IMG/VR virus record: IMGVR_UViG_3300025326_000038
Coordinates: 1-55,435 of that record
DNA: 55,435 nucleotides
Strand: one strand, 5' to 3'
Origin: a virus
Taxonomy: Duplodnaviria; Caudoviricetes
The notes below the pieces were generated by a model. It worked only from the letters and a program-made list of their open reading frames with translations. It made no database searches and was not told the origin of the DNA. This document shows, piece after piece, positions 44,851 to 54,778 of the stretch. How positions within the stretch are numbered: position 1 is the stretch's first letter; every line of letters starts with the position of its first letter. The translations under genes and the position numbers were made by a program.

Positions 44851-45371
44851 GTTGCCGCGTGGCCACCGGTTTCGTCTCCCACGACCTCGACTTCTCCCAG
44901 CCGACGCCGATGGGCTTCGCGCAGTGCCGCCGGTGCGGGGGATTCTTCACGGTGGAGCAATACCTGGCATGGCGGTGCGAGGGAGCGTCTACCGAGCGAA
45001 AAGACCCAGAATCCCTAGGCCGAGGGGCAACCGCGGATAAGCCCTCTGAGGGTGGAGCGCGGACAGAACAGAGTCCGACAACGGGCGAGGGAGTACTATC
45101 GGCCTCTTCGCCTGCGACTACGAAGGCCCACGAGACGGACAGCGGGACTCGTGCTCACACCACTCCCGCCAAAGAACCGTCAAAGGCGGGTGATGAGCCC
45201 GCCCGTGGGCTCTTCCTGCCCGAGCCTAAGGCGATCCGTATGACGCCGGGCGCGCTCCCGTGTGCCCTCTGCGGCGATCCGGTGTTCGTGGACCCGATGC
45301 ACCGCGCGGTTCTGGAGTGGTTCGGGGGGACGTGTGATGCGTGTTTCAACCTGGAGCCTGCCCATGTCTGA
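44847..45371 (+). CDS. Zn-finger hypothetical protein
   Basis: CRRCG and CALCG...CDAC motifs. Confidence 0.5.
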   Translation: MSCRVATGFVSHDLDFSQPTPMGFAQCRRCGGFFTVEQYLAWRCEGASTERKDPESLGRGATADKPSEGGARTEQSPTTGEGVLSASSPATTKAHETDSGTRAHTTPAKEPSKAGDEPARGLFLPEPKAIRMTPGALPCALCGDPVFVDPMHRAVLEWFGGTCDACFNLEPAHV

Positions 45372-45789
45372 CCTCAAAGCGCCGACCCTCGACCAGATCG
45401 CCTATCTCAAGCTCCGCCTCCGGACGATCCCGGACGAGTTGAACGTGGCCCGCGAGGCCCTCATCCGCCTCAGCGCCGAGGTCCGGGAGCAGAAGACAGG
45501 ACTCGCGGACCTCGAGGCAGAGGCCGCGGCCTTCATGCGCGCGCAGATGCTCGCCGAGGCCAAGAGCAAGAAGCCGACGGAGGCGGCACTCACCGCGGCG
45601 GTCAAGGTGGCGGTGGAGCAGCACGAAGGGTGCCGACGGTTGCGGACGGGGCTGCGCGAGGTCGAACTCCGCCGGGACGGAGCCGAGTTGACGGTCAAGC
45701 ATCTGACGGATCGGTTCTCAGCGCTTCAGTTCTACGCAGATCTCACGACCGCAGAGGTTCGGTTGCTCGTCGGAGGGCTCGGCGCATGA
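45364..45789 (+). CDS. Coiled-coil hypothetical protein
   Basis: GGAG RBS; heptad pattern. Confidence 0.6.
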   Translation: MSDLKAPTLDQIAYLKLRLRTIPDELNVAREALIRLSAEVREQKTGLADLEAEAAAFMRAQMLAEAKSKKPTEAALTAAVKVAVEQHEGCRRLRTGLREVELRRDGAELTVKHLTDRFSALQFYADLTTAEVRLLVGGLGA

Positions 45790-45998
45790 AGAAAGGCCTG
45801 TGTGATTGCGCCTCCCATGCGCCAACCGGCTTTCTGCAAAGCTCCGAGCGTCTGGCGACCGGAGAGCGGCGCTGGCAGTGCCCCCGCTGCCTCCAACCCT
45901 ATATCCTCGTGCGAGATGAATGGATCGCCGTGCGCCCGCATGGCAAACCGAAACCATCACTTCAGGGCCCCGTCTTTTCACCAACACAGGAGGTTCCC

Positions 45999-46787
45999 AT
46001 GGTTCCTTCGACACCCGCCGCGCCGACCACCGCCCTCGCCGTGATCCCACACGGCTTGCCGTTCTCCGAAGAGGAGTGGGCGGCGCTCTCACCCACGGAG
46101 CAGCAGGAAGCGATCGCCTTCTTCCGGGAGGAGAGCGCGGCGACGACGGAGGGAGTACCGATCACATTCAGTCGGGTCAAATACCCCACCTCCGGGGCGT
46201 CCTTCTGGGAAGTGCCGTCTGTGACTGGCGAGGCCGAAGCCGTGAAGGAAGTGGAAGGTGTTGTGGTGTTCAAGCAACTCATGCGCGGCTATTGGGAGAG
46301 TGCCGAGGTCACGAACACGCCGCCGACATGCTCCTCGAATGACGGCGTGGAACCGAAGCCGGGCCCAGGACGGCAGGCCGCAATCTGCACCGCCTGTCCG
46401 CACAGCCAATGGGGGAGTGGGAAAGAAGGCCGAGGGCAGGCGTGCAAGCAACGGCTCGCGGTCTTCTTCCTTCGTGAGAATGAGGAGATCCCGACGCTCC
46501 TTTCGCTTCCGCCAACGGCCATCAAGCCGTTCGGTGCCTATGCCGTGGGCCTTCGGCAGAAGAAGAGTGCGTTGATTGCGGTCACCACGGTTTTCGGATT
46601 GCAGGACGCCACCAACTCAACTGGCATCAAATACAAAGGGCTCGCCCTACGGATGGGCAAACCGCTGAGCTTTGCAGACATGAAGCGGGCTCGGGCAATC
46701 TCGGACGCATTTGAGAGCGCCATGGCCCAGCGCGGGATACAGGTGGACGAGGTCGCGGACGAACATCCCGAGGCCGAGGTTCTCTAA
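45999..46787 (+). CDS. Cys-rich ssDNA-binding/recombination-type protein, allele B
   Basis: AGGAGGT RBS; homologue of 28-792; frame open upstream to ATG 45786. Confidence 0.55.
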   Translation: MVPSTPAAPTTALAVIPHGLPFSEEEWAALSPTEQQEAIAFFREESAATTEGVPITFSRVKYPTSGASFWEVPSVTGEAEAVKEVEGVVVFKQLMRGYWESAEVTNTPPTCSSNDGVEPKPGPGRQAAICTACPHSQWGSGKEGRGQACKQRLAVFFLRENEEIPTLLSLPPTAIKPFGAYAVGLRQKKSALIAVTTVFGLQDATNSTGIKYKGLALRMGKPLSFADMKRARAISDAFESAMAQRGIQVDEVADEHPEAEVL

Positions 46788-46789
46788 CC

Positions 46790-47242
46790 ATGGCAACACG
46801 CTGCGAGTGCGGATGCGGGCAAACTACGAACAAGGCCATCAAGACCTCGACGCGCCAGGGGTACGTCAAGGGGCAACCCATGCGGTTTGTCCATGGGCAT
46901 CACGCACGCGTCGATGCGGTCATGGCAAAGCAGCGACAGATCGCACGGCGTGGAGGGCCCGCATCCCCCGCGTGGCGCGGCGGCCGTTCGGCCTCCCATG
47001 CGGGCGGATATGTCCGCGTGTATACGGGGAAGCGTGGGGCCCGGACGCTTGAACATCGGGCCATCATGGAGAAAACCCTAGGACGACAGCTTTTGGCGGA
47101 TGAAGTCGTCCACCATCGGAACGGGAACAGAAAAGACAACCGATTGGAGAATCTCGAAGTCCTGACGAATGCCGCGCACGTCAAGCGCCATACAGTGGAG
47201 CGCTGGGCGAAGACTCGGGCCGCCGGTAAACGATCGCTCTAA
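46790..47242 (+). CDS. HNH homing endonuclease (arm B only)
   Basis: CECGCG; WRGG...GYV; EHRAIME..LGR.L...EVVHH.NG...DNRLENL. Confidence 0.9.
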   Translation: MATRCECGCGQTTNKAIKTSTRQGYVKGQPMRFVHGHHARVDAVMAKQRQIARRGGPASPAWRGGRSASHAGGYVRVYTGKRGARTLEHRAIMEKTLGRQLLADEVVHHRNGNRKDNRLENLEVLTNAAHVKRHTVERWAKTRAAGKRSL

Positions 47243-47793
47243 TGTCCTACTGCCCCGGCTGGTTCCGCCCCTGGTGCGAGGCGCACAGCCTGAATGCCGA
47301 CCGCCCCGACCGCTGGCCGGATGCGGCGCGCGCGGCGTTCATGGCCGAGAAGCTCCGGCGCTTTCGCCTCCACTGGGCCTGGATGTCCACGCTCGACCAG
47401 CCCGCGATCATCCGGCAGCAGTCCGGGCGTGAGGAACTGATCCGCCAAGTGCGGCGGGATTTGCAGGATGCGCTTTCGGAGCCGCCGGCCGGAATGGGCC
47501 GACACAGTCACCTGAGCCCCTACAGGAAAGCGGTGTCGCAGACCGAGGTGGAAATGCTGGCGGGGCGAGAGGTCCGGACCTATCCCGACGGGTCGCGGGA
47601 GATCGTGCTGCCGCCGCGGCCCTCGGTCGCCGAACGCCAGCAGGCGAGACTCGACCCGTGGAAACAGATCCCGATTGAGGACGTGTTGGCCTGGGTCTCA
47701 GAGAAGCCGGAGCGGATCGGCATGAGCGAGACGACGGCACGGTGCATTTTTTGGTTGGAGAAAGAATTCGGAGGCACCCATGCTGCCGTGTGA
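47242..47793 (+). CDS. Hypothetical protein, allele B
   Basis: Homologue of 796-1359. Confidence 0.75.
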   Translation: MSYCPGWFRPWCEAHSLNADRPDRWPDAARAAFMAEKLRRFRLHWAWMSTLDQPAIIRQQSGREELIRQVRRDLQDALSEPPAGMGRHSHLSPYRKAVSQTEVEMLAGREVRTYPDGSREIVLPPRPSVAERQQARLDPWKQIPIEDVLAWVSEKPERIGMSETTARCIFWLEKEFGGTHAAV

Positions 47794-48055
47794 TGGCTGC
47801 GCATATTGTCGGTCGATCCCTGGCGATAGCCATATCAGCTGCACCTACTTCTGGGACCCGGCGAGTACAGAGGCAAGCCCGCTGACCCATCCCGTCTCCC
47901 CTCGGGTGTCGCAATGGTACGTCTTCCCGTTCAACTACGATCCCGTGTGGGGACCGGACACCTGCGCGGCGCGTGCGGAGATCGCCGATCCGGCCACCAC
48001 GCGCCCGCCGCATCCGCTCTTCGACCTCTTCTCCATCCTCGGCCGCCGCCGCTAA
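47780..48055 (+). CDS. Small Cys-rich protein, allele B
   Basis: Homologue of 1346-1621. Confidence 0.75.
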   Translation: MLPCDGCAYCRSIPGDSHISCTYFWDPASTEASPLTHPVSPRVSQWYVFPFNYDPVWGPDTCAARAEIADPATTRPPHPLFDLFSILGRRR

Positions 48056-48222
48056 TGCCCACCTCCCCGAAATACTGCGAGTGCGGCCGGAAGATCGTCG
48101 TGCCGGTGCGGAAGCGGATGCAGGGGGGCCGCGTGATGGCGGGCCGGGCGGCGCGCAAGGGGCGGCTGCCGAAGCATGATCTCTGCCGGGCGTGCTGGAA
48201 GGCGCTGGGGTTGGGGAAGTGA
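48055..48222 (+). CDS. Small Zn-finger protein (intact allele)
   Basis: YCECG...HDLCRACW; coupled to both neighbours. Confidence 0.65.
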   Translation: MPTSPKYCECGRKIVVPVRKRMQGGRVMAGRAARKGRLPKHDLCRACWKALGLGK

Positions 48223-48590
48223 TCCCCGTCCCCACGCTCGCCGAGGTCGTCGCCGACGGCACCAAGCTCCCCGATCTGCCGTTCACGGCACTCTGGGCGC
48301 TGCTCCGCGAGGTGGGGCACCTGGAGAAGGAGATCATCGCAGCGATGCTCCCGGCTGCCGGACGAGAGGCAGCCCAGATCGCACCTCAGGACCGCGCGCT
48401 GACCATCGGAGAGGCCGCCGAACGCCTCAGGATCTCTCCGGCAGCCATGACGAAGTGGCTTCGCAAACCGCCCTATAATGCCGCCGTCGTGGTCCGAAGC
48501 CGCACGTGCGTGCGTGTCTCCGCCCAGCGACTGGAGCAGATCCTTCTCGATCGCGGGGCGGGGCCCCGGAGAAAGGCGGCGGCGGGATGA
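48219..48590 (+). CDS. Excisionase-like HTH protein, allele B
   Basis: Homologue of 1984-2358. Confidence 0.7.
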   Translation: MIPVPTLAEVVADGTKLPDLPFTALWALLREVGHLEKEIIAAMLPAAGREAAQIAPQDRALTIGEAAERLRISPAAMTKWLRKPPYNAAVVVRSRTCVRVSAQRLEQILLDRGAGPRRKAAAG

Positions 48591-49675
48591 GGGGGCACGG
48601 GCGGATTTACCATCGTGGAGACAGCTTGTGGATTTCCTGGTATGCCAAGGGGGATCGCCGCGAGGCGGTCAGCACGCTGGTCGGCAAGCCCGCCGGCAGC
48701 GTCACCTGGGACGACGCCATCAAGGCGCTCAAGCGCCGGCTCGAGCAGAAGCGGGAGCAGCTCCTGCGCGGCTCCATCCTGCCGAAGCGCACGGAGCGCC
48801 TGACCGTGACGCAGCTCCTCGCGGAGTACAAGACTCACCGCCTAATCCAGGGCGTCAAGCGCCCGGTGGACTTCGCCTGCACGATCAAAGCGCTCGGCGC
48901 CTGGTGGGGGCATCTCGTGCCCGCCCGGCTGACGACGGAGGACCTCGAGCGGGAGATCCAGGGCAAGCTCACCAAGGGCTTCGCCCGGGGGACCATCGCG
49001 CAGCGCCTCAGCGGGCTCTACGCGGCGCTCCGGTGGGCCAAAGACCGGCTGCCGAGGATCCCGGACAAGCCGCGGATCTCCGTGCCACTGGCACCCAAGG
49101 CGGTGTGGACGCCGGCCGAGGTTGACGCGCTCTGCGCCGAGGCCAAGCCCTGGCTCGCGGACATCGTGCGCTTCGGGCAGCTGACCGGGTGGCGGATCTC
49201 GGAGGTCCTCGACCTCTCCTGGGACCGCGTGGACAGCAAGCGCGGCCTCCTCTTCCTGGACGCGACAAAAACCGACGATCCACGGGTGCGGCCGATCGAG
49301 CCGGCCATGGCGGATCTCCTCGCCCGGCGGACGACGGCCCGCCGGCTGGGCTGCGCCCTGGTGTTCCACGTGGATGGGTTGCCGGTGGGGGATGACCGCT
49401 TCCACCGGGCGTTCCGGGCGGCGTGTGGCCGGGCGAAGCTCGGCGTAAGACGCTTCCACGCCTTCAGGAACACCGCCTATGACATCTTGCTCTTGAACGG
49501 CGTCGACCTCTTCACGGCCATGGAGCTGATCGGGCACAAGTCGCTCAGCTCGGCGCGCCGGTACAGTCGGCAGAACGTCGACCGGATGCGCGGGGCGCTT
49601 GAGCGGGTCGAGGCAGCACGGACGGCGGCCAAGCCGAACAATTCCAGCACAGCAGTCCTGCCCTTCACCCGCTGA
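48587..49675 (+). CDS. int: Tyrosine integrase, allele B
   Basis: Near-identical to 2355-3440; catalytic motifs intact. Confidence 0.93.
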   Translation: MRGHGRIYHRGDSLWISWYAKGDRREAVSTLVGKPAGSVTWDDAIKALKRRLEQKREQLLRGSILPKRTERLTVTQLLAEYKTHRLIQGVKRPVDFACTIKALGAWWGHLVPARLTTEDLEREIQGKLTKGFARGTIAQRLSGLYAALRWAKDRLPRIPDKPRISVPLAPKAVWTPAEVDALCAEAKPWLADIVRFGQLTGWRISEVLDLSWDRVDSKRGLLFLDATKTDDPRVRPIEPAMADLLARRTTARRLGCALVFHVDGLPVGDDRFHRAFRAACGRAKLGVRRFHAFRNTAYDILLLNGVDLFTAMELIGHKSLSSARRYSRQNVDRMRGALERVEAARTAAKPNNSSTAVLPFTR

Positions 49676-49720
49676 ATCAGAGGGTTTGATGCCGAACGCG
49701 GCAATCTGGGGTAGAAGGAC

Positions 49721-49743
49721 GCGCGCCCTAGCAGGAGTCCTGC
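49721..49743 (-). other. Candidate attP core, second copy
   Basis: Identical to 3486-3508. Confidence 0.4.
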
Positions 49744-49879
49744 CAAGGACGCCCCAGCTAGGCAATCAGGTACTTAGGCCCTGGGCCGCCCCTCCCGGAC
49801 GGTCTCTGGTCGCCTCTGTCGGAAGTAACTCTGCTGGACATCTGCCTCACAGCGAGCTGCACAGGCTCCGGTACAGGCT

Positions 49880-50362
49880 GTGACCACCCCCGACATCGGC
49901 TCCCAGCGGCCCAGGCTGTGCCGCTACGACGGCTTTGCTCTCGAGCTGGACACAGTGATCGCCCGGACGTCGACCGACGCCGGCTGGCCCGCGGTGGCCC
50001 TGTGGCGGTGTCGTCTGGGCCATAGCCACCGTGAGGGAGAGCCGGCGGTGGCCACCCGCCGCAAGGCCTCGTGGACGCGGAAGCCCTGCGCCGTGTGCGG
50101 TCAATCTTTGCCCAGAGATCCGCGATTCCACGGCTCCGGCGGCCGCAAGTATTGCTCCGGTCCCTGCACGGCCTTCGTGGCTCGTGCGCGCGGGCTGTGG
50201 CTCTGGCACCACGGGCCGCCGTTCGTGATCGAGGCACAGCCCTGGTACAAGGGCCCGCTCTACGCCGCCGCCACCCTCCCGCCCCTCGACCCGCTCGCCG
50301 GGCGGATGCCGAGGGACTGGGCGGCGGGGTGGGCGAGGGTGCATGGCGAGGGGTCGGAGTGA
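49880..50362 (+). CDS. Zn-binding hypothetical protein, allele B
   Basis: Homologue of 3645-4142. Confidence 0.7.
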   Translation: MTTPDIGSQRPRLCRYDGFALELDTVIARTSTDAGWPAVALWRCRLGHSHREGEPAVATRRKASWTRKPCAVCGQSLPRDPRFHGSGGRKYCSGPCTAFVARARGLWLWHHGPPFVIEAQPWYKGPLYAAATLPPLDPLAGRMPRDWAAGWARVHGEGSE

Positions 50363-52107
50363 CGCCGTATTACCAGGACGCCGCGGTCACGCTCTACCGC
50401 GGGGATGCGCTCGCCATCCTGCGCGAACTGCCCGACGCTGTCGCGCAGACCTGCGTCACCAGTCCACCGTACTGGGGCTTGCGCGACTACGGGACAGTGA
50501 CGTGGGAGGGAGGAGAGGCGGAGTGCGGACATACGAAGGGGAGCGAGCAGAAGCGCACATGGGGACCCGGTAGCACCGGCTCTTCCACGCTGAACGGGCG
50601 ACCCGGCAACGACTCCCATGAGCGAGAAGGGTGGAAGGGTGGCGTATGCGGGAACTGCGGCGCCCGCCGCATCGACACCCAGCTCGGCCTCGAACCCACG
50701 CCAGAAGCCTACGTCGCCGACCTCGTCGCCGTGTTCCGCGAGGTCTGGCGCGTGCTTCGGGATGACGGGACGCTCTGGCTGAATTTAGGGGATAGCTATG
50801 CAGCGGATCGCGGTGGAACGTGTATGCCATCCGAAACTCTCGCGGGAGGCGTGAATGGACAGGGAGAGGCCACAGCCTATTCCGACCCAAAACGCGGGCG
50901 GGTGAGGCATGGAGGTAGACAGGCGCACCGGGACGCGCCGTCCATAGGTCTGAAACATAAAGACCTCGTCGGCATCCCCTGGCGCGTCGCCTTCGCGCTC
51001 CAGCAGCCGTACTACACCGGCAGCATCAAGTGCGTCGAGGATCGGATCTGGCTCGCGGCTATGCTGGACGCCGAGGGATGCCTGTTCATCCACAAGCGCA
51101 AGGCGGGGCAGCACAACGGCCAGGGCTACTACCGGACGAACGACAACTTCGGGCCGGGCGTCGAGATCAGCAACACGTCGCTTGCCTTGGTCGAGCGGAT
51201 CATGGCGCTCGTGGGGAAAGGCTCCATCTGCTCGCAAGGCCCAGACGAGAACCAGCGTAGGAAGCAGCGCATCTATCGCTGGAACCTCCGCACCATCGAG
51301 TGCCGTGACTTTGTCCGCGAGCTGTACCCATACCTCGTCGCCAAGCAACAGCAGGCTCGTATCCTGATCGGTTGCCCATCATCGGGAGAACGAGCCGAGG
51401 CTGCCCACGCTGCGCTGATCGCGCTCCATCGCACCGGGCAGTCAGACGTGGATTTCCCTGCGCCCGCGTCGATGCTAGAGCCTGGGTGGTATCTAAGGTC
51501 GGACATCATATGGGCAAAATGCAACCCGATGCCGGAGAGCGTGACGGATCGGCCGACGAAGGCGCATGAATACCTCTTCCTGCTGGCGAAGCGGGAGCGG
51601 TACTACTACGACGCGGAGGCGATCGCGGAGCGTGTCACGGCATCCACGGTCGAGCGGTTGTCACAGTCAACCCTTGACAAGCAGGCAGGATCCTACCGCG
51701 TGCCGGGCAAGACGAATGGGCCGATGAAGGCAGTAGGGAAAGGCGGCGTCAATGCCTTCCGGGGGCAAGGCCATTTCCGAGACGGCGACAATGGGCCAGC
51801 GAACAGGGAGGGCAGAAACATGAAAGACATCGGCACAGGAGCGACCCGCAACCGCCGCACGGTCTGGGAGATCGCCACGCAGCCATATCCCGAGGCGCAC
51901 TTCGCCACGTTCCCGGTGGACCTCGTCAAGCCGTGCGTGCTCGCGGGGTCGAAGGTCGGCGACACCGTGCTCGACCCCTTCGCCGGGAGCGGGACGACCT
52001 GCTACGTCGCCAAGGAACTCGGGCGCCGGGCCATCGGCATCGACCTCAAGGCGGAGTATCTCGACCTCGCGGCGAAGCGGCTCCGGCAGGAGGTGTTGCC
52101 GCTATGA
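50359..52107 (+). CDS. Beta-class N4-C/N6-A DNA methyltransferase with in-frame LAGLIDADG insertion
   Basis: VTSPPYW (motif IV), WYLRSDIIW, HEYLFLL, HFATFP, VLDPFAGSGTT (motif I). Confidence 0.92.
   Translation: MTPYYQDAAVTLYRGDALAILRELPDAVAQTCVTSPPYWGLRDYGTVTWEGGEAECGHTKGSEQKRTWGPGSTGSSTLNGRPGNDSHEREGWKGGVCGNCGARRIDTQLGLEPTPEAYVADLVAVFREVWRVLRDDGTLWLNLGDSYAADRGGTCMPSETLAGGVNGQGEATAYSDPKRGRVRHGGRQAHRDAPSIGLKHKDLVGIPWRVAFALQQPYYTGSIKCVEDRIWLAAMLDAEGCLFIHKRKAGQHNGQGYYRTNDNFGPGVEISNTSLALVERIMALVGKGSICSQGPDENQRRKQRIYRWNLRTIECRDFVRELYPYLVAKQQQARILIGCPSSGERAEAAHAALIALHRTGQSDVDFPAPASMLEPGWYLRSDIIWAKCNPMPESVTDRPTKAHEYLFLLAKRERYYYDAEAIAERVTASTVERLSQSTLDKQAGSYRVPGKTNGPMKAVGKGGVNAFRGQGHFRDGDNGPANREGRNMKDIGTGATRNRRTVWEIATQPYPEAHFATFPVDLVKPCVLAGSKVGDTVLDPFAGSGTTCYVAKELGRRAIGIDLKAEYLDLAAKRLRQEVLPL
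51007..51480 (+). mobile_element. Single-motif LAGLIDADG endonuclease domain lacking intein motifs
   Basis: WLAAMLDAEGC, VEISNT, YRW, LYPYLVAK..QA; splits VAFALQ / GWYLRSD; boundaries approximate. Confidence 0.82.
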
Positions 52108-52529
52108 CCGTCTTCATCCCCGGCAAGCTCCGCAATCCCCTCAACGGCTCCTGGGGCGGGTGGCGGAAGCACGCGCGACTGGCGAAGGACTGGCGGGAGC
52201 GGACGGCGATGCGGATCTTCCTAGAGAGTCGGACAGCATGTCGAGGCCCAATCTGCCGCGAGACGCCGAAGACGATCACCTTCACCGCGCACGTCGGCGC
52301 CGGCTGGGACGATGACAACCTGCCCGCGGCCATCAAGCCGATTCGGGACGCACTGGTGGGCACCGTCATCCACTCAGACGCGCCGAACAGCGGGCACACC
52401 TTCGTCTATCGGCAAGTCATCGACCGCAAACACCGCGGCGTCGAGATCGCCAGCGTCCCCTCCCCGACCGTCGGCGGCCACCCGATCTCGTGGGCGACGG
52501 CGCGGCGGATCAGCGAGGATGGGCCGTGA
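52104..52529 (+). CDS. RusA-like resolvase
   Basis: DDDNL...IKPIRDAL (DxDN..K..D) motif. Confidence 0.65.
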   Translation: MTVFIPGKLRNPLNGSWGGWRKHARLAKDWRERTAMRIFLESRTACRGPICRETPKTITFTAHVGAGWDDDNLPAAIKPIRDALVGTVIHSDAPNSGHTFVYRQVIDRKHRGVEIASVPSPTVGGHPISWATARRISEDGP

Positions 52530-52582
52530 GCAGCTATGCATCGCTAGGGAAGACGTCACGACGTCGGAGTGAAGGCAGTCCG

Positions 52583-52813
52583 ATGAAATGCCCCTATTGC
52601 AAACAGAGAGGGCTACGAGTAATGGATGTTCGCTTGACCGTCGCTGGTTATCGTCGGCGACGTCGGGAATGCAGCCATTGCGGCCGACGGGTCACGACAC
52701 GAGAAAGCATCAGCTTGGTTATCCCTTGTGAGCATTTCCGACAATCGCTGATGAGGCACCGGTGCTGCTTGGATTGCAAAGCATCGCTCGGTTTCGAGTT
52801 TATTAAGCCGTGA
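52583..52813 (+). CDS. NrdR N-terminal-like Zn-ribbon protein
   Basis: MKCPYC....V.D.R.....RRRRECSHCG.R.TT.E. Confidence 0.75.
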   Translation: MKCPYCKQRGLRVMDVRLTVAGYRRRRRECSHCGRRVTTRESISLVIPCEHFRQSLMRHRCCLDCKASLGFEFIKP

Positions 52814-53007
52814 CCGTCTGCCCGAATAATCTGTCGGACGCCACGCGCTATTTCCGGCGCCTATTCCTCATGCGCCATCTGGCGGCGGCCAAGACGATCA
52901 CCGCGACCGCCACGCAACTCGGGACGCAGCGCTCCTACATAAGCCGACTCAACCGGCAACTGGGCGTCGAAGGCCCCCGATCTTCGAAGCGCCCAAAACG
53001 GACATGA
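52810..53007 (+). CDS. Fis-type HTH protein, allele B
   Basis: Homologue of 7636-7833. Confidence 0.65.
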   Translation: MTVCPNNLSDATRYFRRLFLMRHLAAAKTITATATQLGTQRSYISRLNRQLGVEGPRSSKRPKRT

Positions 53008-53289
53008 CGACACCGATGGACGATCTCAGCCCGAAAGCACGCGACCTCAAGCGGTTCCTGGAGCATCTCGTGACCGTCCATGCGACGACCGATCTCGCAG
53101 GCGTGTCGGGGTGTGGGCAGTGTGACGACTTCAAGGCGGCGCTGGCATGACCTCTGCTCGTCGCCTCGCCCGCGTCCTCACCCTTGCGGCCCTCGCCTGT
53201 CTCCTGGCCGTCTCCCTCTGGCCCGAGCCGGTCTGCCGGGCGTGCGGGGCGGAGATTCTTAGGGAACGCATGACGAACGGAGGGAGACG

Positions 53290-53484
53290 ATGAGCAAGGC
53301 GAGTGAATTTTCAAAAGAGTTCGCGAAATCCCCGAAGCCACCAGCATTCAATGTTGGAAGCGTTATGGACCCAATCGCGGTTGTGGACAAGGCTGGCGGC
53401 CTTGCTCTCAATGGGCACTGTTCGGCAGAACAGGCGCTCGTCCTCGCCCGCTGGATTCTCGATACCTTCGGGGAGGCGCCATGA
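53290..53484 (+). CDS. Hypothetical protein
   Basis: GGAG RBS. Confidence 0.5.
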   Translation: MSKASEFSKEFAKSPKPPAFNVGSVMDPIAVVDKAGGLALNGHCSAEQALVLARWILDTFGEAP

Positions 53485-53593
53485 GCAAGGAGCCGGACGC
53501 CCCAGCCTGCCCGCGCCATGCGCGGCACCTGTGCGAGGCATGGACGACGACGCCCCGGCGCCTAGGCGGGCTGGCGGCGAGGGAGGAGGAGGG

Positions 53594-53785
53594 ATGATGG
53601 ACGGATGGCGATGCCCCGGCTGTGGCCGGTGTTGGGCTCCGTGGGTGAGTGTCTGTGGCTTCTGCCCAGCATTCGCCACGATCACGACAGGCGGCGTCAA
53701 TACCTGTCCGGGCTGTGGGAAGTCTCCGTGCGAGCACTCTTCGACGGGGTGCCCCATCCCTCCCAAGTTTCCGGTGATTTCGTGA
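53594..53785 (+). CDS. Small Cys-rich protein
   Basis: GWRCPGCGR.WAPWV..C..C; strong RBS. Confidence 0.6.
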   Translation: MMDGWRCPGCGRCWAPWVSVCGFCPAFATITTGGVNTCPGCGKSPCEHSSTGCPIPPKFPVIS

Positions 53786-54198
53786 GCGCCCCCACATCTC
53801 GGCAGGCGGCGCTGGAGGCCATTGGCGAGATTCTTCACGCGACTCAGACGAAGAACTGCCTAACTTCGCATGCGCTCGAGGATTGCGTCCATCGCGATCC
53901 GATTCGCCAATGGGCGAAGGCAATTCTCGCCGCCGTCGAGCACGCCGCGCCGGAGGGAGAGCGCCTGGAAGAATGCCCACGGAACTGCACGACCTTCCAG
54001 CAATATGGCGACTGTGACCACCGAAATCCGAGTGAGCTTGCAGCGGCGAAGATTGCCCTGTGCAAGGCCCGCGCGGCGATCCGGGAGGCGGCAGCAATGC
54101 TCATGGCCGATCCAACAGGCGATGACCTTGGTCTGCAACTAGAACACCCGTGGCTCGCCCTGCCCGCGGTCGTCGCGGCGATGAAGGAGGAGAAGTGA
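53782..54198 (+). CDS. Hypothetical protein
   Basis: N- and C-terminal similarity to 8514-8864. Confidence 0.55.
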   Translation: MSAPTSRQAALEAIGEILHATQTKNCLTSHALEDCVHRDPIRQWAKAILAAVEHAAPEGERLEECPRNCTTFQQYGDCDHRNPSELAAAKIALCKARAAIREAAAMLMADPTGDDLGLQLEHPWLALPAVVAAMKEEK

Positions 54199-54460
54199 AC
54201 TGTGGACGTTCGATCTGCGATGAATGTCGGAAGGCTCAGCACGATTGCGAATGGCGCGAAGGACGTTGGCTCTGTCCCGGTTGCTACTACCATCTCGCCT
54301 TTACAAAGGCTCAACATAAGGATGACCCCGCCCATGCCGACTAACGAGACGCCCAGCGCGGGGGCGGTGCTGTGAATTCATCGGTTGCGATCTTTTTCGG
54401 TCTTCTTGGACTCTGGATAGCCAGCATCGTCGTCGGGCTCATGCTGAGAGGGGTGCTGTG

Positions 54461-54778
54461 ATGGTCGGAGAGGCGTGCGCACACAACCGAGTGGTATACA
54501 CGACTACACGCAACGAAGAAGGCCACACAACAGGATGGTGGCAATGCGACATCTGCTCCGAGAGATTCATACCGGCCCTCGCCCTCGACGCCTTCGCCTG
54601 CGAGCGCGAGGCGGCTGTGTGGGAGGAGGCGGCGGCGATCTTGGAGCGAGGGGCCGATGAACCAGCGACGGCGATAGATTCCGATGTTCTCCTCGCCCAA
54701 AACGGGATCAAGCTGGCATTGCGTCTGCTTGCTCGTGAGTTCCGTGCCCGCGCCGCCGAGGCGAGGAGGAAGGGATGA
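54461..54778 (+). CDS. Hypothetical protein
   Basis: CAH...WQCDIC motif; operon context. Confidence 0.5.
   Translation: MVGEACAHNRVVYTTTRNEEGHTTGWWQCDICSERFIPALALDAFACEREAAVWEEAAAILERGADEPATAIDSDVLLAQNGIKLALRLLAREFRARAAEARRKG

Noticed and set aside
51007-51480. Canonical intein
   Set aside because: No Cys/Ser start, no His-Asn plus nucleophile end, and no space for a Hint domain.
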